Assembly: GCA_964016885.1 (NCBI GenBank)
Contig: OZ024743.1
Span: 113,274,001 to 113,338,000, forward strand
Direction of reading: 5' to 3'
Origin: Eledone cirrhosa
Lineage: Eukaryota
Length of the DNA: 64,000 bases
In this document: positions 39,532-53,264 of the stretch, in pieces
Layout of the letters: every line of letters starts with the position of its first letter
How positions within the stretch are numbered: position 1 is the stretch's first letter
Translations under genes and position numbers: made by a program
The notes under the pieces: model-generated
Database searches by the model: none
The model's input: only the letters and a program-made list of their open reading frames with translations
What the model was told of the DNA's origin: nothing

Positions 39532-39890
39532 GATATTAATAAATGGAAACTATATTTATAAAACCATATCTATTTCATTATACATATTTCAGGGATACCA
39601 AATTAAATTATGGTATGCCTTCATCAGACAAAATACAATATATAACAGTTTTACAAATAAGCTTTGACGTACCCTATTAAAATGCAACCATTGTTTTTGG
39701 AAGTCATCTGATGAAGGCATACCATAATTTAATTTGGTATCCCTGAAATATGTATAATGAAATAGATATGGTTTTATAAATATAGTTTCCATTTATTAAT
39801 ATTGTATATCTACTCCAAATACTTGTCGAGTGCTTTATATCAGTTATAAAAATATTTACTTGTTGTATCCCAACAATTTTAAATAGAACT
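39530..39890. mobile_element. Fold-back HHR element in (TA)n, same family as 4690 in the opposite orientation
   Basis: Arms ~39533-39627 and ~39708-39803; tail tactccaaatacttgtcgagtgc matches the reverse complement of 4745-4778. Confidence 0.85.
39571..39635 (-). ncRNA. Type I hammerhead ribozyme motif
   Basis: Minus strand: tattttgt CTGATGA aggcataccataatttaatttggtatccct GAAA tatgta TA atgaaata. Confidence 0.78.
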
Positions 39891-39971
39891 TTTGCATATA
39901 TATATATATATATATATATTTATGTATATATATATGATTTGAAATTTTTTAAATGCCAAACATTTTTTATT

Positions 39972-41600
39972 CATATCCACATTCCTGGCCCCCTTTCTCC
40001 ATATCCACATGTCTTGCTCTCTCCATATCCACATGTCTTGCTCTCTCCATATCCACATGTCTTGTTCTCTCCCTATCCACATTCCTGGCCCCCTTTCTCC
40101 ATATCCACATGTCTTGCTCTCTCCATATCCACATTCCTAGCCCCCTTTCTCCCTATCCACATGTCTTGCTATCTCCCTATCCACATGTCTTGCTCTCTCC
40201 CTATCCACATGTCTTGCTCTCTCCATATCTACATGTCTTGCTCTCTCCCTATCTACATGTCTTGCTCTCTCCCTATCCACATGTCTTGCTCTCTCCCTAT
40301 CCACATGTCTTGCTCTCTCCCTATCCACATGTCTTGCTCTCTCCCTATCTACATGTCTTGCTCTCTCCCTATCCACATGTCTTTCTCTCTGCCTATCCAC
40401 ATGTCTTGCTCTCTCCCTATCCACAAGTCTTGCTCTCTCCCTATCCACATGTCTTGCTCTCTCCCTATCTACATGTCTTGCTCTCTCCCTATCCACATGT
40501 CTTTCTCTCTGCCTATCCACATGTCTTGCTCTCTCCCTATCCACAAGTCTTGCTCTCTCCCTATCCACATGTCTTGCTCTCTCCCTATCCACTAGTCTTG
40601 CTCTCTCCCTATCCACATGTCTTGCTCTTTCCCTATCTACATGTCTTGCTCTCTCCCTATCCACATGTCTTGCTCTCTCCCTATCCACATGTCTTGCTCT
40701 CTCCCTATCTACATGTCTTGCTCTCTCCCTATCCACATGTCTTGCTCTCTCCCTATCCACATGTCTTGCTCTCTCCCTATCTACATGTCTTGCTCTCTCC
40801 CTATCCACATGTCTTGCTCTCTCCCTATCCACATGTCTTGCTCTCTCCCTATCCACTAGTCTTGCTCTCTCCCTATCCATATTTCTGGTTCTCTCCCTAT
40901 CTACATGTCTTGCTCTCTCCCTATCCACATGTCTTGCTCTCTCCCTATCCACATGTCTTGCTCTCTCCCTATCTACATGTCTTGCTCTCTCCCTATCCAC
41001 ATGTCTTGCTCTCTCCCTATCCACATGTCTTGCTCTCTCCCTATCCACTAGTCTTGCTCTCTCCCTATCCATATTTCTGGTTCTCTCCCTATCTACATGT
41101 CTTGCTCTCTCCCTATCCACATGTCTTGCTCTCTCCCTATCTACATGTCTTGCTCTCTCCCTATCCATATTTCTGGTTCTCTTTCTCAATATCCACATTC
41201 TTGGCTTCCTTTCTCCATATCAACATTCCTGGTTGCCTTTTTGCATATCCATGTTCCTGGCTCCCTTTCTCCATATCTGCATCCCTGGCTCTCTCCATAT
41301 CAACATGCCTGGTTCCCTTTTTGCATATCCATGTTCCTGGCTCTCTCTATATCAACATTCTGGTTCCCTTTTTGCATATCCATGTTCCTGGCTCTTTATT
41401 TCAATATCAACATTCCTGGCTCTCTTTCTTTTTATCTCCATTCAAGGCTTCCTTTATCATATTCATGGTTCATTTTCTCTATATCCACATTCATGGCTCA
41501 CTTTCTCTATATCCACATTCATGGCTCACTTTCTCTATATCCACATTCATGGCTCACTTTCTCTATATCCACATTCATGGCTCACTTTCTCAATATCTCC
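39972..41600. repeat. 24-bp minisatellite (ccacatgtcttgctctctccctat)n with degenerate flanks
   Basis: Direct periodicity; the HMSCSLPI ORFs are its translation. Confidence 0.95.
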
Positions 41601-42294
41601 ATTCACGACTCCTTTCTTTCACATATAACATTTTATTAGAATATTTCTGTCTTATCTCCAATATTCTTCATTTTCTTATCTTTTCATCACATACACACAC
41701 TGCACAAATATCCACACACAATTCAAATACATACACACTCCAAACATACACACACACAGACACACACACACCAGATACTAACACACACTCTAAATACACA
41801 CTCCACACACATATGCAAACACTGTCTTTCAAAATTTTATTTTAGTAACCCTTTCATTACCACATTTCTATTTAAAAAAAAGACACTGCTTAGGATTTTC
41901 AATTAATTTTGAAAATAATCAAGAATTTGTAAAGATTTCATAATACAACTCACCTTGTAATGTTTAAGTTGGTGTTTGAAACATAATTTAGCAGAGGTTC
42001 TGAAATAGAAATATGATGGAAATATTTTTTAATAAATATAAACACTTTAACCCTTTTGTTACCATATTTCTAATGAAAAACGCTGCATATGATTTTAAAT
42101 TAATTTTGAAAAAATCTAGAATTTGTAAGGATTTAGTAATATAACTAATTTTGTCATTTTTAAGCTGATGTTTAAATCATAAAGGTTTTTTACAGAAAAC
42201 TATGGTGGAAAGTTTAAATTTAAATATGACTACTTAATTAGTTGGGTATGATAAAACCAAAGGTAGTTTCAGGTAGTTTGTCATTTTAAAACTG

Positions 42295-43070
42295 GCAGAA
42301 GTGTATGGCCTAGTGGTTAGGAGGCTGAACTTACAATTGTAAGGTTATGATTTCGCTTCCTGGTGATGTGTTGTGTCCTGAGCAAGAGACTTTATTTCAC
42401 ACTGCTCCAGTCCTCTCAGCTGGCAAAAATGAGTTGTACCTGTAATTCAGAGGGCTATCCTTGTCACACATTGTGTTACACTAAATCATCATGAATATCG
42501 TATTATGGGTGCATATGTCTACAGAATGCTCAGCCACTTGTATAATAATTTCATGAGCAGGCTGTTCCATTGATTAAACAACTGGAACACAGAGATCCAA
42601 TATAAACACATGTATAGATGTATTTTAGTGTTAAGTAAATTCTTTCTAATAAAAAAGCACCCAGTACTCACTGTAAATGAGGTGTTAGGAAGGGCATCCA
42701 GCTGTAGAAACCGAGCCAAAATCAGTTCTGTATGAGCAAGACATGGTCACATTACCTGGCATTGCCCACAACATGACAACCTGTCTAATCTAACCCATGC
42801 TAGCGTAGAAACATTGATGTAAAACGGTGATGATGATGAAGCTTTCTATATGATATTACAGGGAGATTGTTTTAAGTTGATCATGTGTCATTATTATAGT
42901 ATCGGTAGAGGGTCGGACGTCATGCTTTCCAACATAGTTACGTCCCTTTACGATCTGAGTTCAAATCCCGCCGAGGTTGACTTTGCCTTTCATCCTTACG
43001 GGGTCGATAAAATAAAGTACCAGTAATGCACTGGGTAATTGCTGGCCTTGTGCCTAAAGTAGAAACAATT
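42295..43070 (+). mobile_element. Cluster: old SINE (42295-42590), RTE tail (42650-42840) and SINE A (42897-43070)
   Basis: Matches to the families above. Confidence 0.75.
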
Positions 43071-45526
43071 ATTATTTATGATTCTATGACTTGCTAGCAG
43101 TAAAATCTTCTTCGATTAATACTTTCCTATCTTAAGAAAGAGAAGGACATTACGCAATATGTTCCAAGATATTACACTGTTTGGAAATAAGATGTGATAT
43201 CCAAGGCTGGAATAATTTGAACCTAGTTCTGATTCAATCAGGTGTGATCTGGAGTTAACAGCAACACGTTTTGACTCTTTCTAAACCAAGTGCCATTTGT
43301 TTTCATTAGTATTTTCACTCATAGGGTGGTGTATTGTTAGGATTGCTAGAGTGTCAGACAAAGTACCATGCTGTATTTGTTCCAGCTCTTTATGCTTTGA
43401 TAAAATAAAGTACAAGTACTGGGTTCGATTTAATGGATTTTCCCTTTCCCCAAAATAGTTGGTCTTTTTCCTAAATTAGAATCCATTATGGTTTTCACTG
43501 ATAGTGTGGTAAATTGGCCAAATTGTGAGGGCATTGAACAAAGTACCTTGCAACTTATGTTCTCACTCTTTACACTCTCGGTACAAATCCTGTTGGGATC
43601 AACTTTATTTTTCATCTTTCTGGGTAGATAAAGTAAAGTACCAGTCATGTACTGGAGTTAATTTGATAAAAGAAAAAAAAAAAAAGCACTCATAACTACT
43701 GATGTAGTCATAGGAGCACTGTAGTGACATAAAGTATGCCTTGGGCATTTTAAAACTAGCAGAGGTGTATGGCCTAGTGGTTAGGGGACTGAACTCGCAA
43801 TTGTAAGGTTATGAGTTCGATTCCTGGTGATGTGTTGTGTCCTGAGCAAGAGACTTTATTTCACACTGCTCTAGTCCTCCCAGCTGGCAAAAATGAGTTG
43901 TACCTGTAATTCAGAGGGCCAGCCTTCTTCATTCAGCCATCAGAAGAAGGGAAGAAAAATGTTAAATGGCCTATAGCCCACATGTATATTATATCATATA
44001 TTCCATATAACATTTTGAAAATAGTCTCAAATCCACAGATAACACTGCAATGGCCAACGTTTGATTTTTTTTTAGTTTTACTCAGACACTCATCTATATC
44101 ATATAATATATTACATATATAAATTTGAAAAAGACTGAGGCCTTCATGTCAGCTGTTGCCAGACTTTAAATTAACCCTCCCCTAAATTTGTAACTGTATG
44201 TTTAGGTTAGACATGATTATTTTCACCTCTGTCAATGAAATATTTCTTTTAACTCTTAACCCTTTCATTGCCATATATCTAATATAATTTTCAATTATTT
44301 CAATTAATTTTTCAAATAATCAAGCATTTGAAAGAATTTAGTAAAATATTTTTTTCAATATTAAGCTGATGTTTTGGGCATAAGTTTAATAGAAGATCTT
44401 CCATAAAATTATAATGAAATGTTTTAATATAATAATACATTTAAAAGACTAATTTTGTATCATAAAAGCAAGGGCAGTTTTATGTGGGCTGGTAACAAAA
44501 TGGCCAACATTCTGTAACAACTTAGCAGAAAATGTCTAGGAAACAGGTTTCTAAATTCAAATGTTTATAGTATCTTTACTAGTGGACAAATGATTGTGAA
44601 AATGTGCAGTGTTTTAATTAAATGCAAACAATTTTTTTTTTTTTTTTTTTTTTTGTAATGCAGACAGACAGTCATAGTAAGGTTTTGTACTTTTCATGAG
44701 AGTCTTGCTATGTGGCTTCATGTGGTACAGGACGTCAAGAGATAACCATGCTTATTGATGCTGTCAAAAAATAAATATTGCTTCTCCTCCTTATAATTAA
44801 AACCATCCAATGCTGTTTTCTTCTTTTGATTAACAGCTCTAGTTTTAGTTTAAAATTAAAAATTCAGTAATTAACTAATTAACACTGTATTCACTTTGTT
44901 TTTACTGATTAGCTTAGCTCTATTACACTTTTTGAAGTGAAATTTCCTGTGCAAAGAAAACTAAAAATAGAATCCCATCCTCTCCCCATCAAAAAAGTAA
45001 AAAGAAAAATTGCTTTTTTTCTTTTCTTTGAACCTGCAAATTATTTTTGTTTTATTTAATTTATTTTTTTGTTCTCTTTTTCTTTTTAAACGAATACACA
45101 TTTTCTTTCCTTGTTAATTAGTTATTTTTAAATATTTTTCTTATGTTATTTCCTTTTTCTTTTATAAGTAAATTTGTTGTATAATTTCTTTTTTAACCAC
45201 TTTACATTTTTTTTAATTTGGATTTTTTTTTTCCCCGTGATGGTAATATGGGTTGAAAAGTTCTTCAAATTTAAAGTAATTGATTGCTTCTTTTCACAAC
45301 AAAATTTCATTAGAGGTCTTTGCTTTTTAAAATTGCTCTGATGATAGCAATAGCATTGATAGTGTTTGTTGTGTCATCATTAACCCATGGCAGGATATGA
45401 TCTTAACATGCTGCCTAACAGAGTGAACTGCGTGTTTCATTCTATCTTCTTTCTGCTAGTTAGACTGAGCTGACAAGAATAAAGTACCAGCAACTATGAC
45501 AGGAAATAAATCATGATTGTTATCAT

Positions 45527-46170
45527 CAGATTGAGCTGAACTATAGTCAAATGTGGTCTTAAATATTTGTTGTAGAGACCAGATTGAGCAGACCTATGGT
45601 CAAATGTGGTTGTAAATATTTGTTGTTATAAAGGCCAGATTGAGTTGACCTATGGTCAAATGTGGTTCTAAATAGTTGTAAAAGCCAGATTGAGCTGACC
45701 TATGGTCAAATGTGGTTCTAAATATGTGTTTGTTATAAAGGCCAGATTGAGCTGACCTATGGTCTAATGTGGTTGTAAATATTTGTTGTTATAAAGGCCA
45801 GATTGAGTTGACCTATGGTCAAATGTGGTTCTAAATAGTTGTAAAAGCCAGATTGAGCTGACCTATGGTCAAATGTGGTTCTAAATATGTGTTTGTTATA
45901 AAGGCCAGATTGAGCTGACCTATGGTCAAATGTGGTTGTAAATATTTGTTGTTATAAAGGCCAGATTGAGTTGACCTATGGTCAAATGTGGTTCTAAATA
46001 GTTGTAAAAGCCAGATTGAGCTGACCTATGGTCAAATGTGGTTCTAAATATGTGTTTGTTATAAAGGCCAGATTGAGCTGACCTATGGTCAAATGTGGTT
46101 GTAAATATTTGTTGTAATGGCCAGATTGAGCTGACCTATGGTCAAATGTGGTTCTAAATATTTGTTGTTG
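45527..46170. repeat. ~50-57-bp minisatellite with a 163-bp three-unit higher-order repeat
   Basis: Constant ccagattgagctgacctatggtcaaatgtggtt; the tgagttgacc variant lies at 45641, 45804 and 45967. Confidence 0.92.
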
Positions 46171-46259
46171 TACCGGCCAGTAGGGTGTTATTTGAGATGT
46201 ATTTGTTATTTCTTGCAAATTAAGAAACTAAAAGCTCAGTTAAATACATTTTGTTGTTG

Positions 46260-47060
46260 TAGTGTTGTTAGTAGACCAGGTCAAGCAGTGCTCTGATCAA
46301 AAGCATTCCAACTATAACCATCCTGTCTTTTTTTCCAAGCATGATGTATCTAGGATTACCGGCTCTTCCTTCCTTCATTTCTTCCATTTTTTAAAGACAG
46401 TAGTGTGAAAGTTGAGAGAATTTGTCTGTTATTTCTAGCAATTTGAGACATTGTATAAATGTTCACCTAAATTCTCATCATTAGTGGTGGTATTTAGCCC
46501 CAGGGGAGCCATGATCTAGCAGATTAATGATCGATTCATTCTAGCCGTGACATCCCATTTTTTTTATTCTAGGTATGATGTATCTAGGGTTATATTATTC
46601 ATAGTGTACTTACTTTCAAAAGGAAGTACAGTGAGGTTTGAGGGAATTTGACTGCTATTTCTAACAGATTGAGAAACCATGTAAAAACACAATTAAACAC
46701 TTGATATTGAAGCTTTTGGTCAGCCCTGATCCAGCTGATTTATGATCAAAAACATTCAAATTATGACCATCCCATCTCATTTCCTGTCATAATGTATCTC
46801 GGATCGGATCACATTATTCAATGTATACTTACTTTGGTGGAATTTGAAGAAACTAACTTCTATTTCTAGCAGGATGAAAGACCTTATTAATGTTCTGCTA
46901 TATCTAGCAGAATAAGTGATTACAGGTATAATATTAGTGGTGTTTGAGAAAATTTGACTGGTATTTCTAGCAGGATCAGTGACCATATGAGGACACCATG
47001 ATTAGCTGGTTCTAACCATTTCCTTACTAACATCCAGAATTTGACTGCTATTTCTAGCAA
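46260..47060 (+). repeat. Three to four decayed copies of a dispersed ~230-bp repeat
   Basis: Recurring tgatcaaaa.cattc..atgaccatcc and gaatttgactgctatttctagca; reversed copies near 43090 and 51770. Confidence 0.6.
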
Positions 47061-47660
47061 AACCAACAACCCCCCACGAGGGTGCCTGATATTGCCTTTC
47101 TAAACATCCAGTGGTATAGATGAGTGATTGTAATCTTTAGTTTGAAGCTAAGACTAAATCAACCTGAGTGATGGATTTTTTTGTCTTGTCTAACAGGAAC
47201 AATAACTAACTACCAATGGAATCTTATTGAATGTTGTTTTAAGAGTTTTACCTTTTTTTATTTTTCTTATAAAAACAAACTGTTCTTAGAAGAACAACAT
47301 CAGCAATAAAAGGCCAAATACAGACAAAGCGTTTATTTGAATTTGAGAATGAAAAGGAAATGTTTATAAAAAGAAGAGAAGTGTTTAGAAATATAACTGC
47401 AATTATAGCAGAGAATGTAAAAAGACCATACAAAATATATTTGTTTTGAAAATGTTACCTTGATATAAACTGTTTCAATGTAGGTCAACTATGAAAAATA
47501 GTTAAACAAGTTGAGCATATGTCCCTAGAGATGGAAAAAAAAGTGTACTGTGTATCACCTGATACTGTTCATTTTTTACCATCTCCAGGGGCTTGCTTGC
47601 ATGTCAAAATTGTTCAACTATTTTTCATAATTGAACCTACATTGCAGCAACTTACATTAA

Positions 47661-47868
47661 CCCTTTGGCATTTAAACCATCCATATCCAGCCAGAATTAT
47701 CTCTCCTCTTTCTGTTCAAACCAGCCGTAACTAGCCATTCATATCAATGTTAAGGTATTGTTCTCAAAATAAACAATATCAAACTCTCATAGATTTGATA
47801 TTATGTGAAGTAATGCCTTTACCATGAAAATACAATGGTAAATATAGAGTAATGTAAATACTAAAAGG
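47661..47868 (+). mobile_element. piggyBac-type MITE
   Basis: TTAA-CCCTTTGGCATTT...AAATACTAAAAGG-TTAA. Confidence 0.8.
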
Positions 47869-48814
47869 TTAAACCAACATATTTTCAAAATTAAAAATTT
47901 GCTCAGTGTTTCTTGAATACAATTCATTCTATGTACACTTGTTGTTTAGCACAAGAGCATAACTTGGGGCACCTCAGGTGACACTTTTAACAGTGTCATA
48001 CTTTTATGTCTGTTGTATATATTTCATTCAGTATATGAGTGGTGGTGGTGTGTGTATTGAGGGCAAACTCAAGAGATTCCCCTAGTGACAAACACTCTAG
48101 CTACATCACTGGTTTAGTCCCCAGATCAGTCCTGATCGATCATAATTAACTAGAACTATGATCAGAGGTATTCCAACTGTTACCATCTTATCTTGGATAA
48201 TGCTGAATTGACAGAATTATAAGAATATTGGACAAAATACCTTGCAGTATTTTATTCTAGTTCCTTTTGACCTGAGTTCAAATCCAATCCTGGTCAACTT
48301 TGCCTTTTATCCCATCACTAATAAATATAATACTAATCTAAGTGGTGAACTAGTAAAATTGTTAGTGTTGGACAAAATACCTTGCAGTATTTATTCCATG
48401 GATTAGCAGACTTGGAAGAGTGTCAGATGAAATGCTATTGCAGTATTTGTTCTGGCTTTTTACCTTCTGAGTTCAAAGCCTACCAAGGTTGATTTAATCC
48501 ACTTGCCCTTCCTCAAAATTTGCTGTCCTTATATGTAAATTAGAAACCAATAGTTCTGATTCCTTGATTTCTGTCCCAAACTCTTTTGTAACATATCTTT
48601 TATAATGAACCATCCTCCACTCCATTTGTAATTTTCAAGGAGATTCAGTTTGACACAATGTATGAATTAGCTCTACAATCCTTTTGAAATGATTGTACAA
48701 TCCTTCTCATGGGATTCCAAACAGTTTCCATCACTGACAGGACTTTTGTTGATCCAAGGCTATGGTAAAAGTGCCTTGTACAAGATGTTATGCAGCGAAA
48801 CAACACAACTACTA

Positions 48815-49156
48815 TTTCATCATCATCATTTCATTTTACGTCCGCTTTTCCCTGCTTGCAAGGGTGGGACGGGAACTGATTCTGGCTTGATTTCTACAGC
48901 TGGATGCCCTTCCTAACACCAACCTCATTTACAGTGAGTGCTGGGTGCTTTTTTGCCGTGGCACCTACACGACCACTTTGCAGTGGTATGATATGGACCC
49001 CAGTCCCTATCACCTCATTTCTACAGCTGAGTAAACTGGAGCAATGTGAAATAAAGTGTCTTGATCAAGGAAACAACACATCACCCAGTCTGAGAATTGA
49101 ACTCACAACCTTTCGATTGCAAGGCCAATGCCCTAACCACTAAGCCATGTGCCTCA
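48815..49156 (-). mobile_element. SINE family B, full length
   Basis: Reverse complement of 24403-24755. Confidence 0.88.
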
Positions 49157-49754
49157 TGTATATTATTATTATTGCTTGTCATGCTAATTCTATTCCGGTT
49201 ACATTGCATGAAGCGACTGAGAGTACAAGACTCCCCCCTGGACAGGATGCCACTCCATCACAGGGTTAAAACCCCAGCAATTGCTTGTAATCATTTTCAG
49301 CTGAATATACATGAAATGAAGTGTTTTCCTCAAGAACACAATATGCAACCCAGCCCAGGAATCAAATCAACGGCATTATGATTGTAAGTCCAATACCCTT
49401 ACCACGTGCATCCACAATTACCATAATTTAATTAAAATGACCACATTTCATTTTATTGTACATTGTTGTTTGCCACGCCTAATTAGTGTAATTTAATTAA
49501 AACAACCCAGTTTTCTAATTTGTCTTTGCAATGTACCCCTGTGGCAATGAGTGAAAACTTTATTTTGGGGTATTGCCCTGAATTACCCTAAGTGATCTTG
49601 CCCACTATTGGGGGATTTTCTTGTTGGAAATTTATTACATTTATTGTTTTTGTTTATTTGGGTCCTTTTACTTGAAGTAAACCCTGCCTTGTGATGTAAT
49701 TTGTTCTTGTATTGTCTCCAACGTCATGGGTTCTTGTTACCAATAAAAGAAATG

Positions 49755-50392
49755 GTGGATTGGTAGAATCAGTAGAGTGTCAGACAAAATGCTTTGCAGG
49801 ATAGAGTGATATCACTTTACATTCTGAATTCAAATCCTACCGAGGTTAGCTTTACCTTTCATCCTTGTGGGTTCAATAAAATAAGGCATCAGTAACGTAC
49901 TAGGGTTGATTTTCCCCTTCCCTTGAAATTGCGGGCCTTGTGCCTATAGTAGAAACAGTTATTATTAGTATGATCGATTGTCGGTGGAGCATCAGACAAA
50001 ATGAGGCACTCCGTCAGTTACAACGACAAGTGTTCAAGTTGATCCGATCAACGGAACAAACTGCTCGTGAAATTAACGTGCATGTGACTCAGTATTCCAC
50101 AGACAAGCATACACTTAACGTAGTTCTCAGGTAGATTCAGCATGACACACAGAATGTGATAAAACTGACCATTCAAACTACAGGTACAACTCATTTTTAC
50201 CAGCTGAGTGGACTGAAGCAATGTGAAATAATTTCTTTGTACTGAGTTCAAATCCTGCAGAGGTGAACATTGCCTTTCACTCTTTTGAGGCCAGTAAAAT
50301 AAAGTACCAGTTATGTATTGGGGTTGATATAATCGACTTTCTCTTTCTCTCCAAAATTACTGGCCTTGTGCCAAAAGTAGAAACCATTATTA
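49755..50392. mobile_element. SINE cluster (family A plus copies at 49755-49962 and 50240-50392; minus-strand SINE body at 49975-50235)
   Basis: Family motifs as above. Confidence 0.75.
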
Positions 50393-51358
50393 TTTCTGTA
50401 TCTGAATTCATTACTAAATTATATGGCTAAATTGCTCAGAATATCAAGATTAGAAGCAAGATATTCAAATTTCAGTTCTTTGGTTATTCTCATTCACATA
50501 CGTTATTATACCGTTTGTGTGCCATAAAAATATAAAAATAAATAAAAAGATAAAGAGAAAATCTGTTCTATGTTTCAATAAGCATAACTCCAATGATATC
50601 CATTTGCATTTTATGACTTCTCGGTTGAATTTATCAATAAAATTATGGATTAAATTGAAATTCATATGTGCGGCCATTTTAAGCAGGTTAGGTTATAATC
50701 TTTGTGCATCAGTTAAGTTAAAGACTTAGTTTATTATTTTAGATATTGCAGATGCAAGAGTTTTTTTTGTTTTTGTTTTTTTACATTAGGGTCACATGCT
50801 TCTGTGTATATCTGTTAATAGATGTGTGTGTGTGTGTACAAATGTGTGCTTTTGTATGTATCTGTTCATCTATCTGTACTTTTGTCATCTAATACTTCTT
50901 CCTGATAGTTACTGTTTGTGCCATGAGGGTGCATTCACAAATTATGGTTGATAAAACCTATTGGTTAACAGGCTGTGAGGTTGTTTTTGCCACACATAAC
51001 CTGTGCGTTGGACAAACCTGTGATAACATACCCCTATGTTACACAAACTATTTCCTATATGTAAATTTGTCTTATGAGTGTATCTATCTTATTGTTTGAG
51101 TTTCCTAGTTTTGTTGGATAGAATGGTGAATGTGTAACTCTGGAGGATAGCAAATGAGATGCATGAAAAGAACACACGGTTCATTGTTACAGATGGCCAT
51201 CTCCATCCACTCTGATCACAGTTAATAGGGAAATGGTTTGGGAACCCAGGAGGCCAAATGTTTCCACTGCTATGGGTTTGATAAGAAACAAGTTGGAGAG
51301 CTGCTGGTATTTTGTCAGCTTGTATTCTTCAACCAATTAAACAATCGTTATTACACTA

Positions 51359-51542
51359 GGTTGGCAGTATCGGTAGAGAGTCAGACACCATGCTTAGCAG
51401 AAAAGAGTTACAGCCCTTTATGATCTGAGTTCAAATCCCGCCGAGGTTAACTTTGCCTTTCATCCTTACGGGGGTCGATAAAATAAAGTACCAGGAATGC
51501 ACTTGGATAATTGCTGGCCTTGTGCCAAAAGTAGAAACAGTT
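51359..51542 (+). mobile_element. SINE family A
   Basis: Same consensus; ttattacactagg on both sides (51348 and 51541) looks like a TSD. Confidence 0.88.
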
Positions 51543-52371
51543 ATTACACTAGGTTATTGCTAGAGAAAGTATTACTGTAGATTGTACACCAGATAAGTGC
51601 TTACCTCTTTGTAATGGGAAAAGTGTGATGTTGTTCAAGCTTCAGTCTAACCCTGGTGGTTCCAAGACATATTTACTATTCTTATTGAAGCTTCAATCAT
51701 AATTTCATGGAAGGACCTTTCTGTTAAGTGATATTCCAAACACCAGCTTAATAAGTTGCTATTCAACCTGTTAGAAATAGCAGCCAAATATCCTACAATT
51801 TACATCCTACTATTTTACTAAAGAAATGACAAATTGGATAATGCTGTCGTAGACATCTGAATGAAAAAAAGACATGACCAAGGGCTAAACAAAAAACAAC
51901 TCCCAATTAATGAATAAAATTTTATTTCACTAAATTCTTGATTATGCTAAAAATTAATTAGAACATGTCATTAGAAACATGGTTATGAATATATTAATTA
52001 ACGATATTAGCCATTAGCCTTCTTAATCAACCTGATTAACCCAGCTATGACCGCACCTGATTTTATGATACAGAGCTCACATTTATATTAAAGCTTTCCA
52101 ATATAGTTTTATGTAAGAACCTTTTTATCAGTTATGTTTTAAAAATCAGTTTTATGATGAAAACATTGGTTATTTTTATAAATTCCTTCAAGTTCTTGAT
52201 GCATTATCATCATCGTTTTTATGTTGACTATTTCATGCCAGCATGGGTTGGACGGGACATTTTGAGGCAATGTTTTACAACTGGAAACTCTTCCTGACAC
52301 CACAACAAAACAACAATAAAAACAGATCGGTAGAATACTTCATTAACAAAATATGACCATAAAAGAGTTAA

Positions 52372-52591
52372 CCCTTTAGCATTTAAACCGGCCATATCCA
52401 GCCTGAATCCTCTCACCTCTTTCTGTTCAAACTGGCCATAAACAACCACAACTGGCCACTCATATCGAATTAAGGTATTGTTCTCAAAATAAATATCAAT
52501 AGATACAATATTATGTGAGATGATTATGTGAGATAAAGCATTTACTGTGAAAAAATAATAGTATATATAGAGTAATATAAATCCTAAAGGG
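52372..52591 (+). mobile_element. piggyBac-type MITE
   Basis: TTAA-CCCTTTAGCATTT...AATCCTAAAGGG-TTAA. Confidence 0.82.
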
Positions 52592-53264
52592 TTAAGCTAG
52601 CAAGCACCTGTTATAAAAGCATGAACTCAAATTCTTTATTATCCAGCTGTAGAAACCATGTCATATATGAAATATATGAACAAGAAGTGTTTATTTGGCC
52701 AGTCTAGTCTCAGACCAAGCTGACCCATCCAACCCATGTTGGCATGAAAATAGACACAAAATAATAATAACGATGATGCTTCTATGATAAATAATGGCTT
52801 TATCTTTTAATTTACTTGTGCCATATTTTTGGCAATATCATCACTGAAATCCCTGAAGGCCTTTCTTTGTTTGGCTATTTTTCAAAGTTCCTCCAACATC
52901 TTTCTCTTTTTGAAACATTTTCAAAGCTATTCTGTAATGTGTTGGATTCTTCAGTAAAATTAAATATTTACATGAACACTTTGTACAGACATTTTACAGC
53001 TGGAAAATTAGCTTTCTTCGTGTTAACCTTACAATTTTGAAATGGCATTGTTTGCTGTATTTGTTTGTATATTTATTTATTTAACAGTAGTATTTCAATA
53101 CCAGCTAAACTACAAAACATAATATCAATGACTATATATCTTCTTTTTCTTTTGTATTACCTACTTTCACGAAGTCTGCTGAATGATTAACTGTGTATGT
53201 GTGACTCTGTATTCTCTGTATGTGGGTAAATGATGAAATGTGTGGTGTGAATCTCTGTGTATGG

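Noticed and set aside
39939-41845. 630-aa and 353-aa ORFs
   Set aside because: 24-bp tandem repeat open in several frames, with no domain
45527-46170. CRISPR-like repeat-spacer pattern
   Set aside because: The linkers are related to each other and recur periodically; no cas genes; eukaryotic context
47270-47450. Purine-rich open stretch (KQTVLRRTTSAIKGQ...) as a host exon
   Set aside because: No convincing splice sites or recognisable domain
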